DNA of 64,000 bases, from the NCBI GenBank assembly GCA_964016885.1, contig OZ024742.1:3472001-3536000 (forward strand), given 5' to 3'. Position numbers and translations under genes: made by a program. This document shows, in pieces, positions 25,660-37,400 of this stretch; position 1 is the stretch's first letter; every line of letters starts with the position of its first letter. Source of the stretch: Eledone cirrhosa. Its lineage: Eukaryota. The notes beneath the pieces were generated by a model. The model did no database searches, was not told the origin of the DNA, and saw nothing but the letters and a program-made list of their open reading frames with translations.

Positions 25660-26607
25660 TATATCAGTTATAATAATATTTGCTTGTTGTATCCCAACAA
25701 TTTAAATTGAACTTTTGCATATATATATATATATATAGTCTTATTTTCTTACCTGAATCCCATAACTGGATTCCTCATAGATAACAGATACGTAAGTCCA
25801 GTTAAACATTTTCACCAACTCAACCATCACTTGGGCCTGGTATCGATCCGATGGTATTGTTCGAAAGAAATATGGGAATCGATCCACATTGCTCAGGTCT
25901 GTACTGGTTGAATAGAAACTTATCTGAAATCACAAGAAATACATTAACAATTAAATATTTCATTGAAGTAGATATATATTTGAAATAAACTATACACATT
26001 TTTGCACTCAATGATTATATATATACATATTTTCGCCAGTTAATCACAGATTCGCCAAACAAGAACTATTGAGTAGCAAGACTCATTATTTAGCCTTAAT
26101 AAATTGCATATTAGAACGCTACTTCGTTATTGAGTACTCTTTTATCTTAGTTGTCAACCACATACGTATATATACATACACACACACACACATATATATA
26201 TATACATATATGATGGAGTCTCTTGTCATATCAACATGTAGGGTTTTAACAGTTTTCTCAATTCATTTATATAGTTATACTTGAAATGTCACTTTAGTCC
26301 AGTTGCTGATTTACACAGCAAGCCACATTTAGTGGAGATGACAGACTTTTGAGCGGAGCAGATCGGAATATTTGATCCAGAAGATGAACCATACGAAATT
26401 CTTCAAAATTCTTTTTAGCGTCACAGCAGGCAGTTTATTATTTTTCCACGATCAGCAGCTAGGGCTTCACAAGAGTAAGAAGTATATTCACAAATGTTTA
26501 GATTGTACTTCAGTTTGTCTTTATATCTGAGTAATGGTCTGCCTACATTGTATACAAAATATTGAATTAGAAGATGTCGCAGTAAACTTGACTAAATACA
26601 ATAGTCT

Positions 26608-26743
26608 AATAATTGTTTCTACTTTTGGCACAAGGCCAGCAATTATCCAGTGTATTACTGGTACTTTATTTTATCGACCCCGTAAGGATGAAAGGCAAAG
26701 TTAACCTCGGCGGGATTTGAACTCAGAATGGAAAGGGCCGTAA
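26608..26743 (-). mobile_element. tRNA-derived SINE, 5'-truncated
   Basis: Same central domain, B box and tail as the other copies. Confidence 0.85.
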
Positions 26744-26867
26744 CAATAAGAGGGGAGGAGGTATTAGCTCACGGAGTGGAAAATACATCAACACACCATC
26801 CCCTCTCCAGGACAGAAAAGAGACGATTTCTTCGAGAGCGAGAGAGTGAGAGAGCTAGAGTGTATGT

Positions 26868-26900
<33 letters not shown>

Positions 26901-27270
26901 GTAAATATAATAGAAGAATCAAACCGAGTACTGGGCTGGTACTTTAATTTTTTGACTTGGAAAGGATGAAAGTTTGCCAATATACAAGATGGAGTTAAGG
27001 AGCAGAAAGCTGGGAAGAATAAAGGAAAGCATTGTATCCGATGTTCTAATGTTTCAGCTAATTCCTCCCCTTAATCCCCCCCCACACACACACATATACA
27101 CAAACACACACAAACACACACGTATATACAAACACGCATACACACACAAATACACAAAAACACATATACACAAGCACACACGCACACACACAAGCACACT
27201 GTTTTTATTTATGGCTCTGCAGAATTTCAATTATATGTATAAGCTTCGCTTCCTTAGAAAGAAGATTGCC

Positions 27271-27530
<260 letters not shown>

Positions 27531-27532
<2 letters not shown>

Positions 27533-27614
27533 GTCAGGTCACCAGTTGGTGCTACTGGTAACATGTATCCCAGTACAACCTGTCTCATGGTCGGGTCGTT
27601 GGCGACTAAACTGG
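27531..27614 (+). ncRNA. Degenerate HDV-like ribozyme candidate
   Basis: P2 CCAGT(27570-74)/ACTGG(27610-14); P3 ACC/GGT around L3 TGTCTCAT; GG-CGA-CTAA; J1/2 hairpin; P1 pairs poorly. Confidence 0.45.
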
Positions 27615-28138
27615 CAACCCCACCAAGGTTTCTTGGTGAGGAGGGTGACTTTGGACATCCTGCAGGACTTAAAACAAAACCTGTCAAAGGGCAAAGGAGC
27701 TCTTAAGAGTCAATGGCCATCCAAAATCACCGGGAGAGATGATCCCTTAGCCTTTGTCAAGGCAGAATTATAGGAGAAGGAAAACTCTGATATAACACCT
27801 TCAACCCTGATGGTATCCAATGATGTTGACTTGTTCTTCTTGTTGGTAAATATCGTCTTGGTTAAGAGAGTGGGACTGGCTTTGTGCAGTGCCTTTGCTC
27901 ACTATAAAAGCTTCACAGCACAGGCATTGCTTTATATCTGGAGATCTCTTTGCACTTGTCGTCACATGGTACCATGGGCCCAGCACTATGTGTCAATAAT
28001 TGTTACAAGTGTAGTGTTTGTACCAGAGTTTTCAAGTCTCTGGCTGGACTAAAAAGTCACACTCGTCCAGCGCATCGGTAGGGGTTCTCCTACATGGATA
28101 CACAGTAGTGGCCGTACTCGAAAACGAGTTGGCAGCCA

Positions 28139-28140
<2 letters not shown>
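27531..28140 (+). mobile_element. Non-autonomous RTE-like element between (TA)n tracts
   Basis: GC-richer 610-bp insert; TAGGAGAAGGAAAACTCTGA resembles a motif recalled from RTE-clade 5' UTRs; HDV-like fold at its 5' end; no RT ORF. Confidence 0.55.
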
Positions 28141-28184
<44 letters not shown>

Positions 28185-28289
28185 TTAAGGATACTATTTA
28201 TGGTTATGTATATAATAAAACCTTTTATGGTTATATATTTTTTATATACAAACCCCAAATAGTGAAAGATAGTCATTCATTACTATCTT

Positions 28290-28808
28290 ATTACCAGTAA
28301 GATAAGCAGCTCAATGTAATAACATCAGTTGTTTTACAGAGCAGTTATATAGAGATTACAATAATCAAAGTTCAGTTTAAATCATTTATTTGCTTACAAT
28401 TGTTTCCTCCAAACCGAGGTTTGGATTCTTCGGAGCAACTATTTAGTGATCTATAACATACTATAACACAAAAGACATATAAAAACATATGCATATATTG
28501 ACGCACAGTGGGTTGACATCCATCATAATGATATAGCATGGCAATTTACATATAAAGGTTAAAGGATTAAAATAAAAATTAAAATTAAAATAAATAAAAA
28601 TTAAAATTAAAATAAAACATTGGCAGTTTATGAAGATAAAGCAAGAGGAAAGTTTAGAGTAGTCAGTGTATGAAACAATCTCACGTGTAGCATGCACGCG
28701 TGTCTTATTTATACAGGATTAGAGTGCGGCAGAATCCAAACCTCGGTTTGGAGGAAACAATTGTAAGCAAATAAATGATTTAAACTGAACTTTGATTATT
28801 GTAATCTC
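28290..28808 (-). mobile_element. Non-autonomous Penelope-type element with inverted 5' piece
   Basis: 28351-28429 is the reverse complement of 28731-28808; hammerhead in the left arm; left boundary approximate. Confidence 0.7.
28390..28438 (-). ncRNA. Type I hammerhead ribozyme motif (U4C)
   Basis: Minus strand: TTGCT CCGAAGA A-TCCAAAC-CTCG-GTTTGGA-G GAAA CAATTG TA AGCAA. Confidence 0.75.
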
Positions 28809-30087
28809 TCTCTCTCTCTATATATATATATTTGTGAAATGGGTGGTGGTTGAAATTCAGTTGTGCACGGTTAAATGGTAGTAGACGTGGTCGGACGGGC
28901 ATGAAAATTTACACACCTATGTAAAAAGTGCCAAGGAAGCAAATAAACGTGGGTTCAAATCTCTAACTTGAAAAATGTGGTCCCTGCGGCCCCAAAACGG
29001 TCTATTTACTATCGCGTTCGGTGAGTTATTTCCCCCTGTTCTAATACTTTCAATATTCATTGTCTTATTTCATTCAATATTCATTGTCTTATTTCATACA
29101 CATTTTTAAACTCATCAATTTCTTTCGCTGCGTTCTTCGCAGCGTTCTTTTGCTGTTAACATACAGTACCGTTTTATGAAATCGATTCTGCAGTACCATT
29201 TTACGGAATGCCAAACCGAAAACGGTCACTGTTTTCCATCAAAAGAAATAAAATCCTTAAATTGCGAAGAAGGGAGGTATGTTCTCAAGTATGTTTTTTC
29301 CGATATCATTTTCATTTTAATTCTAATACACGTTAACTACCACTAACAGTAAGTAGTATTTTTCAAAGTCAAATGAATAGTTTAAAGTTTACATTTTTCA
29401 ATTACAGTTGCTCTATTTTAAATTTAAATACTTCTATAATGATCATACCGTTTTATGAACTTAATGAATGGGATATATAAGCCCTTTGGTTGTCGAGTTA
29501 ATTAATTCAGTTTGTTTTAAAATATCCATTGTCTTATTTAAAATAACATATCAAAGACAACGTTATTTCGCTGTTAATAAACTGTTGCCTTCTAGAGTAC
29601 GTTTCATTTTCATTTTTCAATTACAGTTGCTATATATATTAAATTTAAATACTTCTATAACGATCATACAGTACCGTTTTATGAAATCGATTCTGCAGTA
29701 GAATTTTACGAAATGCCAAACCGAAAAAGGTCAGTTTTCTAACAAAAGAAATAAAACCCTTACATTGCGAACCCCCTGTTCTAATACTGGGGTTAGTTAT
29801 TTCCCCCTCTTCTAATAAAGGTCTAATATATATAGCCCCTCCCCCCTTGCTGACCAGGGCAATCAAAGTGTAAACTATCATACAAACCTTCATAATCTGC
29901 ATTTTCAAACTTGCATATCATCGACATTGCTATTTCACTGTTAATAAACAACGCTTTTCACGTCGCCCCACTTCCATTTGTACGCCGTCCAGCCCCAAGT
30001 GCATATTTCTATTTTTTTTTCCTGATACTGCTTCTTCATAATAAACTTTCAATAATATTTTTCAAATTATTAACTTAATAAAAAGTG

Positions 30088-30118
30088 GCCCCGGGCTCAA
30101 CCGGGCTCAGCTGCTAGT
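30088..30118 (+). mobile_element. Helitron-like 3' terminus (GC hairpin plus CTAG/T)
   Basis: CCCGG-GCTCAA-CCGGG hairpin, then CTCAGCTG CTAG(30114-30117) T. Confidence 0.6.
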
Positions 30119-30448
30119 ATATATATATATACAAGAAAGTACGTCCATAGAATCATTTGACAAAATATAAACAGTATTTCCTCTCCCAATCAGCATAATC
30201 AACCACACACAAAAATCAATTGAACAAAGCTATAATTTTAAAAAGCATCTATGAAGAAACAATAGATAAATAAACGATGCTTTTTAAACTTATAGCCTTG
30301 TTTAATTGATTTTTGATTATTTAATTAATTAATTCGTCATTGAGCCACACCGTGAATGGTTGCCAAAAACACATATATATCTATATCTATATCTATATCT
30401 ATATATCTATGGCTCTGTCTAGTTTATGTATATGTAAATCTCTCTCTA

Positions 30449-30481
<33 letters not shown>

Positions 30482-30483
<2 letters not shown>

Positions 30484-31077
30484 TTCGTTTCTGAATTTGT
30501 TTAGCAAGATTCTTTATCTGAAATCGTGTGTTGAAACCGATATTGTTATACTTTGGGAGGGTCATGTTGCCAATAAGAAACACACGCACCAGTTGCGTTC
30601 ACTTCAATTTATTATATATTTATGAATTTATAAATTTACAAATTTACAAACTTATAAATTTCTGGTTGGTTGGTTGGTTCCACAACCAGATAGTTGTTTA
30701 TATATAGTCATAGTCCTTTCGTCACACACTCTGTGACCTCTTCAGTGACTGGGATTCCTTTCTTCGTTTCTGTGCCTTTCCTTTCTTCTATCCTACGCCA
30801 TTTTGTTTCTGTGACACACAGAAACAAAATGGCGTAGGATAGAAGAAAGGAAAGGCACAGAAACGAAGAAAGGAATCCCAGTCACTGAAGAGGTCACAGA
30901 GTGTGTGACGAAAGGACTATGACTATATATAAACAACTATCTGGTTGTGGAACCAACCAACCAACCAACCAGAAATTTATAAGTTTGTAAATTTGTAAAT
31001 TTATAAATATATAATAAATTGAAGTGAAAGCACTGGTGCGTGTGTTTCTTATTGGCAACATGACCCTCCCAAAGTAT

Positions 31078-31085
<8 letters not shown>
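30482..31085 (-). mobile_element. Long palindromic Penelope-type terminal element with hammerhead
   Basis: ~270-bp arms (30540-30813 / 30817-31085), 3-nt loop, ~58-bp extra tail at left; (TA)n flanks. Confidence 0.8.
30880..30924 (+). ncRNA. Type I hammerhead ribozyme motif (mirror copy at 30706-30750, minus strand)
   Basis: AGTCA CTGAAGA G GTCACA-GAGTG-TGTGAC GAAA GGAC TA TGACT. Confidence 0.7.
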
Positions 31086-31129
<44 letters not shown>

Positions 31130-32450
31130 TAGCGAGAATCGCATTTCGGCTATTGGAAATTAGCGAAAAACAACTTCCGAGATGTGGTAAGCGCTCCATA
31201 GAAACTAGTGAACGAGAGCAACAACGTAAGTTAAAAGGCCAAACACACTGAGACGATGGTTAAACCATTATCCCCAAAGCCATAGAAACGACCAAGCTAT
31301 TCGGGTCAAACAGATAATAAAATATGATTGAAAATTATACCCGGACCACTGGAAACGGTGGTAAGATCCAATATGGGGTTTCTGAAACTCCTAAATCAGG
31401 TACTGTCTGCTTAAACAAATAGTGTTAACCTTTTGGTATATATATATATATTACGGTAGTTATCTTTTACATAGATTTCTCCTTATTACAAACAATAGAT
31501 GACATTAATTTATGTTGTTTTATCTTCTACAAATACTTACACAGTTCGCTGGTACTTTCCATTTATTCATACCACGTTTTAGCAGGCATCATTTAAAGAT
31601 GGCGAAATATTTACTTGAATACTGCACAGAATTATGAATACCTACACACACACATATATATATATATATAAATATATATGCATATACATATATATAGAGA
31701 TATACACATATATATATGTATATGTGTATATGTAAGTGTTTAACGTCTTTGGCAGATAAAGAGATGCATTTAAATGTTGTAGTACTTTGACACGTTTATA
31801 TTTTTATGTATAAGTTTCATGACTAATATCGGAACTGGGATGTTGCTATATCATATTTAAATATATATGTAGATCTCTCGGATTCTTTGTTGTTAGTGTA
31901 AGGAAATATATTTGTTTTAATACATTAAACCTACGAACGTTTCTTGTCCCATATATACTTTGTGCTGGTTCTTTCTTTATCCTTTATCACTTTCGTGTGT
32001 GATCAATTATGAGAAATACTATTTTATTCTCATCGTTTCAATAACAGAATTTTAAGATTGCAACTTTCAGCTAAATATGATCGTGTTGGGAAGACACTCC
32101 TTTCTTGCCATGTGATTCTGCATAAAATGTGCGTGTATTGTAAATCATACTTTCGCAAGGAGTCCCGTAGTTCTAAATATGGACACGCATAGATTTGAAC
32201 CCGAAACTGCGTTGTTTTGAATCCCCGACAGCATAATTTAAAAAAATCAAGACCACGTTCATATGAATTAAAATATTTAACTAAACCGCTATGCCTGCGT
32301 TAATCATGATACAAGTTAGTGTTCATACGTATTTAGATATACTATGAAGCGAGGGCTATGTATAGATGTAAGAATGTTCTAAGTTTAAAACCAGATTGTC
32401 CAGGTATATTTCTCAAATAAACCCGCCAAGGGTTAATGCATACATATTAA

Positions 32451-32708
32451 ACCTTTCATTACTATATTTCTGTTGAAATAAACGTTGTAATTTTCAAGTA
32501 ATTTTGAAACTAATTCAAAATGTTTGCTGGTGTGGTTGGTGATGTAATGATATAACTAACCTTCTCTTATATGGCAGTGGTTGGAACATACAAAAAATAT
32601 CTTAGATAAAACTTTGACGTAAGGTATTTATATAAATATAAACATTTAGAGTAAACATTCTCATTATGTAAACCAGGGTCGTCTACAGGCGATTACGTAT
32701 CAAAAGGG
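32451..32708. mobile_element. piggyBac-like MITE (degenerate)
   Basis: TTAA flanks at 32447-50 and 32709-12; imperfect inverted termini ACCTTTCATTAC / GTATCAAAAGGG. Confidence 0.45.
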
Positions 32709-33357
32709 TTAAGTACATCATTTCTTTCCAATTCAACTAGTATACTATTTGGTACATAATGTGACTTTAGAGGAGAATCGAACCCGGTCTCATGGCACTG
32801 TATTTCATTGCTTATTGGGCTACTTATAGTTGTTTTTGCTTAAATGTAGCATGATTCAATGGATGAGAAGTTGGCCTGTATTTAAAAGATTCTGTGTTTG
32901 ATCAGACTGTGTAGAACGAAGCATTATGAGTGAAATTGTGTAGACAGAAATTAGTTAGAAACCATTGCGACAGGTTGCACCTGTAATTGAAAGGGACAAA
33001 CATATCAATAAGTAGAGATCATTAGAACCTCTCAAATTTGTTGTCTTATACTTATGTTATAAATCTGTATTAGCGCAACGCAACCCTAAATTATCAATGC
33101 ATTGAAAGAAAATTGCTAGCATGAATGGAAAAGTTATTGACATGAATGGGAAACATTCAACAATCGCCAGATATTATAATTGCTTGAATGCGTTAATGAT
33201 GTTCAAATGTAGAAGTTCCTAAGATCTCCTCCTCCAAGCATTTTAATTTTGTTGCAGTATGTGAAGTGTCAATAATTGTTAGCACTGGATTTTGTATAAA
33301 GTTTGCTGAAGCTTTTAATTTTAAGGAAGGAATTGAAATGTCAAGCATTATTACCCA

Positions 33358-33549
33358 AGGCGGTGGATTGGCAGTATCGGTAGAAGGTCGGACGCCATGC
33401 TTTCCAGCATAGCTACGTCCCTTTACGATCTGAGTTCAAATCCCGCCGAGGTTGACTTTGCCTTTCATCCTTACGGGGTCGATAAAATAAAGTACCAGTA
33501 ATGCACTGAGTAATTGTTGGCCTTGTGCCTAAAGTAGAAACAATTATTA
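33358..33549 (+). mobile_element. tRNA-derived SINE
   Basis: Full A/B-box head, central domain, ATT tail; ATTATTACC(C/A)AAG duplication at 33347 and 33543. Confidence 0.92.
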
Positions 33550-34025
33550 CCAAAGAATATATATAATAATACTTAAAGCTCTCCCAACTTATTAATTTTG
33601 TCGTCTTCTTACCATAAGTAGATCAGGTATTAAGAGATTCTGACAATGTCTGCTATAGGGTTAAGTATATACAAAGGAAACGGTAGAATTGGTAAAAGTG
33701 AGCATTTTATGCCTTTTCCTATTGTTAAAGAACCAAAGCAAGTATCAGACACCAACATTTGGAGACGCTATCGATCTTCACTTGTTGATCGGTACTAATA
33801 ATATATTTTATCGACTGCAGAGGGGAAGAAAGGTGAGGTCGACCTGGATACGATTTAGAATCAGCGTTTTATTCAATTTACACAGAGTATGGTTGCTTTA
33901 TCATTCCCTGACACCTTTTCTGGTGTGTACCTGTAACATTTATTTTCTCATGGTATTTCAGTGTTGGCATAACTTCCAGTGTATGTAAATCCCAACTCTA
34001 TATTATTATTATTATTGTTATTATT

Positions 34026-34348
34026 GAAAGGTGACTGAAAGTGGCGAGTCTGGTCCGGGTGGACGGGCTCGCTCTGAGTATGCGCCTGTAGACTGAGGAG
34101 TGGTAAAACTGAGTGAGGGCGCTTGTCCTGGTGGTCAGGATGGCCGTGGTCTTTTGTGTGGTTTTCGCCACGAGTGACCCTCGGAGGTTTCCCCCTTTTT
34201 GGGGAAATTTCGTTGTTTGAATTGTTTTGATTTCTATCCTGTTATAACCTTTTTACACAGCCAAAACCCACTTTGTAACGTCTTGTACCGTTCTATACCG
34301 CCTGTAATGTGTTTCTTCATGTGAGCTCTTGTGGCCAATAGAGAATCC
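34026..34348 (+). mobile_element. Tx1 3' fragment flanked by (ATT)n on both sides
   Basis: Encodes a decayed KVASLVRVDGLALSMRL*; 3' UTR homologous to 2149-2450 and 63085-63337. Confidence 0.85.
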
Positions 34349-34367
34349 ATTATTAATATTATTATTA

Positions 34368-34412
<45 letters not shown>

Positions 34413-34413
<1 letters not shown>

Positions 34414-37400
34414 AGCTGCATTTATCTTGCTTTATCTTCATACGAGTTATCACCAAGTCACAACCAGTGACCTCAAGAGACAACAAGGTCCGCCATGTTC
34501 AAGAAAGAACATACATACTCACACATGCATCTTTAGGTGTTTTCACTTGTGATGTACTTATATTGACAGAATCTTCCTTAGTATATGGGCAGTTTCCATT
34601 AGTACTATCTTTTGTATTTCTTCTATACGCGGGTTTCCTGGGATTTGCGATAAGTAATCATTAGATCCCTTAGGTATCATTCCTAGAGCGCCTACAACCA
34701 CTGGTATTGTTTTAGTTCTCAATTTCCACATTTTTCCAATTTCTATCTCCAGGTCCTTATACTTGCTCAATTTTTCAAATGTTTTTATAGATACATTCTT
34801 GTCTATTGGAACGGACATATCAATTAACATGCATACCCTCTTTTTAAAGCCCTCAGTATTATATCAGGTCTATTTGCATCTATTTTTCGGTCTGTTTGGA
34901 TGCTAAAGTTCCACAAGATTGAGATGTGATCTTTTTCAAGTATGGGAGGTGGTTGATGCTCCCACCAATTCTTTTGATGGAGCAGGTCAAAATGCTTACA
35001 CATTATCCAATGTATGTATTGTGCAGCTCTGTCATGCCTGTTTAGGTATTCGGTTGGAGCTATAGGACTGCACATTGAAATTATATGATCAATGGTCTCT
35101 GGTTGTTTTTTACATACACGGCATAATGGGCTGCATCCATTTTTTATTATGTCGGCTTGGTAATTTTTTGTTGGCAGACACTGATCTTGTGCTGATATAA
35201 TCAGTCCTTCATTCTCCGATTTCAGTCCAGAGGATGCCAATCACTGATGGGTTAAAGTTTTGTCAACATCAGGATTGTTAGCTCGTTCTGGGTATTTTCC
35301 ATACAAAGACTTTTCTTGCCATTTCTTAGCCAGTTTGTGTAGCAGTTCTTTCTTTGCAGTTACTTTTACCTGATTTTCTTTTTCTGTGTTTTCCATTTCA
35401 GCAGTAAATGGGACTTCTGAAATTTGTAGTCCATTACTGTATCTTTGTGCATCTTTTGTAATGGAGTATGATCTTTTGATGCTTTCGTGTTTCAAAACGA
35501 GTTTGATCATCCAATCATGTGATTCCCTTAGATATGTAGATAATCCAATTGTTGCAGTTTTCAACGCAATGTCTAACTGGATTAACCCACGTCCTCCTTC
35601 TTTCCTAGGGAGATATATTCTATCTGTATCTGCCTTAGGGTGATGCATTCTGTGCATGGTTATGAATTTTCGAATTTTTGTATCGAGCCTACGGATCTCT
35701 GTGCTTGACCAGTTGATGACATTGTAACTGTAGGTTACTACTGGTATGGCAAGCGTGTTTATGGCATCGATCCTATTCCTTGCATTCAATTCCGTTCTTA
35801 AGATTGCTCTTACTCTGCGGTAACATTCCTTCCTTATCCTTTCCCTCATTGTCGAGTGCTTGATTCCGTCTCCTTCACAAATACCTAGATATTTGTAAGT
35901 TTCCTCTTGATCAAGTTCTCTTATCACATTCCCCCGATCAAGATTAATGTCTGAACTTTTCAGCAGCTTTCCTCTGGTGAACGTTGCTTTGGCGCATTTA
36001 TCTAGTCCAAACTCCATTTTAATGTCATCACTGAACTGCTCCACAGTGGATAATAGCCCTTGCAATTGTTCATCATTTTTTGCAAATAGTTTCAGGTCAT
36101 CCATGTAGAACAAGTGATTAATGGTTTTGTCATAGACTTTATATCCATGTTTTGTTTCATTGAGCATTTTACTTAATGGTATAAGCGCGATGCAGAATAA
36201 AAGCGGTTATAAAGAGTCACCCTGAAAAATTCCACAATTAATATTAACTTCTCCAGCTTCCAGCGATTTTGTTTCACTATTCAAAAGGAGTGTCGTTTTC
36301 CATGTCTTCATACTGAATGAAAAAAACCTCCTGACAAAGGGAGATATTTTGAAAATCTCTAAACATTTTTCAATCCAACTGTGTGGCAAACTATCGAATG
36401 CTATTTTATAATCTATCCAACCAATTGATAGATTTTTGTGTCTATTATGACAATCTTCCAGTATCATTTTGTTAACCAAAAGCTGATCCTTACAGCCATA
36501 TGAGCCTCGTTTACACCCTTTCTGCTCAATGGGAAATAGGTCATTTGTTATCAGGTGGTCATATGTATATTCAGTTAGGACTGATGTTAACATTTTATAC
36601 ATTGTGGTCAAGCAACTTATCGGTCTGCAATTTGGGGGATTGTTTGTCTCATCATTCTTCGGAAGCAGGAATGTAATGCCGTTAAGTAGCCATGATGGTA
36701 TCTTTTCTGGCTCCTTAACTATTTCATTGTAAAGTTAGGCTAACATCTCATGAGACTCTGTGAAGGCATTTATACAAAAATTTTGTATTTTGTCTTTTCC
36801 TGGGGATTTCCATTTGCTGGTTTTTCTAAGAGCCAAACGCAACTGTTCAACTGTTATATTTTCCCATATTTGTTCCTCAAGGTGAGCTGTATCTTTCATT
36901 TGTCTGTCTATCCATGGGGCATGTATATTATGAACTTTTTCTTCGGCCCAGATCTTTTCCCAGAATTCATGCACTTCCTCCTTGGGTGGTATTGATTTAG
37001 CAGTTATTGTTGACTTACCAATTTTTCTGTAGAAGTTTCTTTGGTCGTTTTTGAACATATTATTGTCCTTATAGAATCTAGATCGTTTTTCAAAGCGCCT
37101 TATACGAGCAGCTTTGGCCGACACTTTTTGCTTGATTATTTCTATCAGCATGTCTATGTCACTTGTTGATTTTATACTGTACTTTCTTTTCAATTTTCTA
37201 AGTTTAGTTTGTTTAACATGTTCACCTACTTTATAGTTTGTTAAAATTTCTATGTCAGATCGGAGAAGGTTTATTTGGCGATTGATGTTCTCTTGCCAAG
37301 TAGATTTCTTGTGGGAATTCCTTTGTTTTTTCATTTTCACTCCACATAAGTGAGTGGTGACTTTAGCCGATGCATAATAGAGATGATTTAAATCAGTAAT

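Larger units (their letters stand above)
21692..25720 (+). mobile_element. Penelope-like retroelement, 5'-truncated with inverted terminal piece
   Basis: RT+GIY-YIG ORF; 21692-21767 is the reverse complement of ~25348-25423; hammerhead near the 3' end; (TA)n flanks. Confidence 0.88.

Noticed and set aside
30540-31085. Palindromes as sequencing or assembly fold-back artefacts
   Set aside because: Arms differ by substitutions and indels, and share a fixed endpoint with an independent copy
31440-33990. Host exons or real tRNA genes in the AT-rich interval
   Set aside because: No convincing ORF or cloverleaf; B-box-like bits (~32195, ~32775, ~33830) look like decayed SINEs; small host exons cannot be excluded without RNA data
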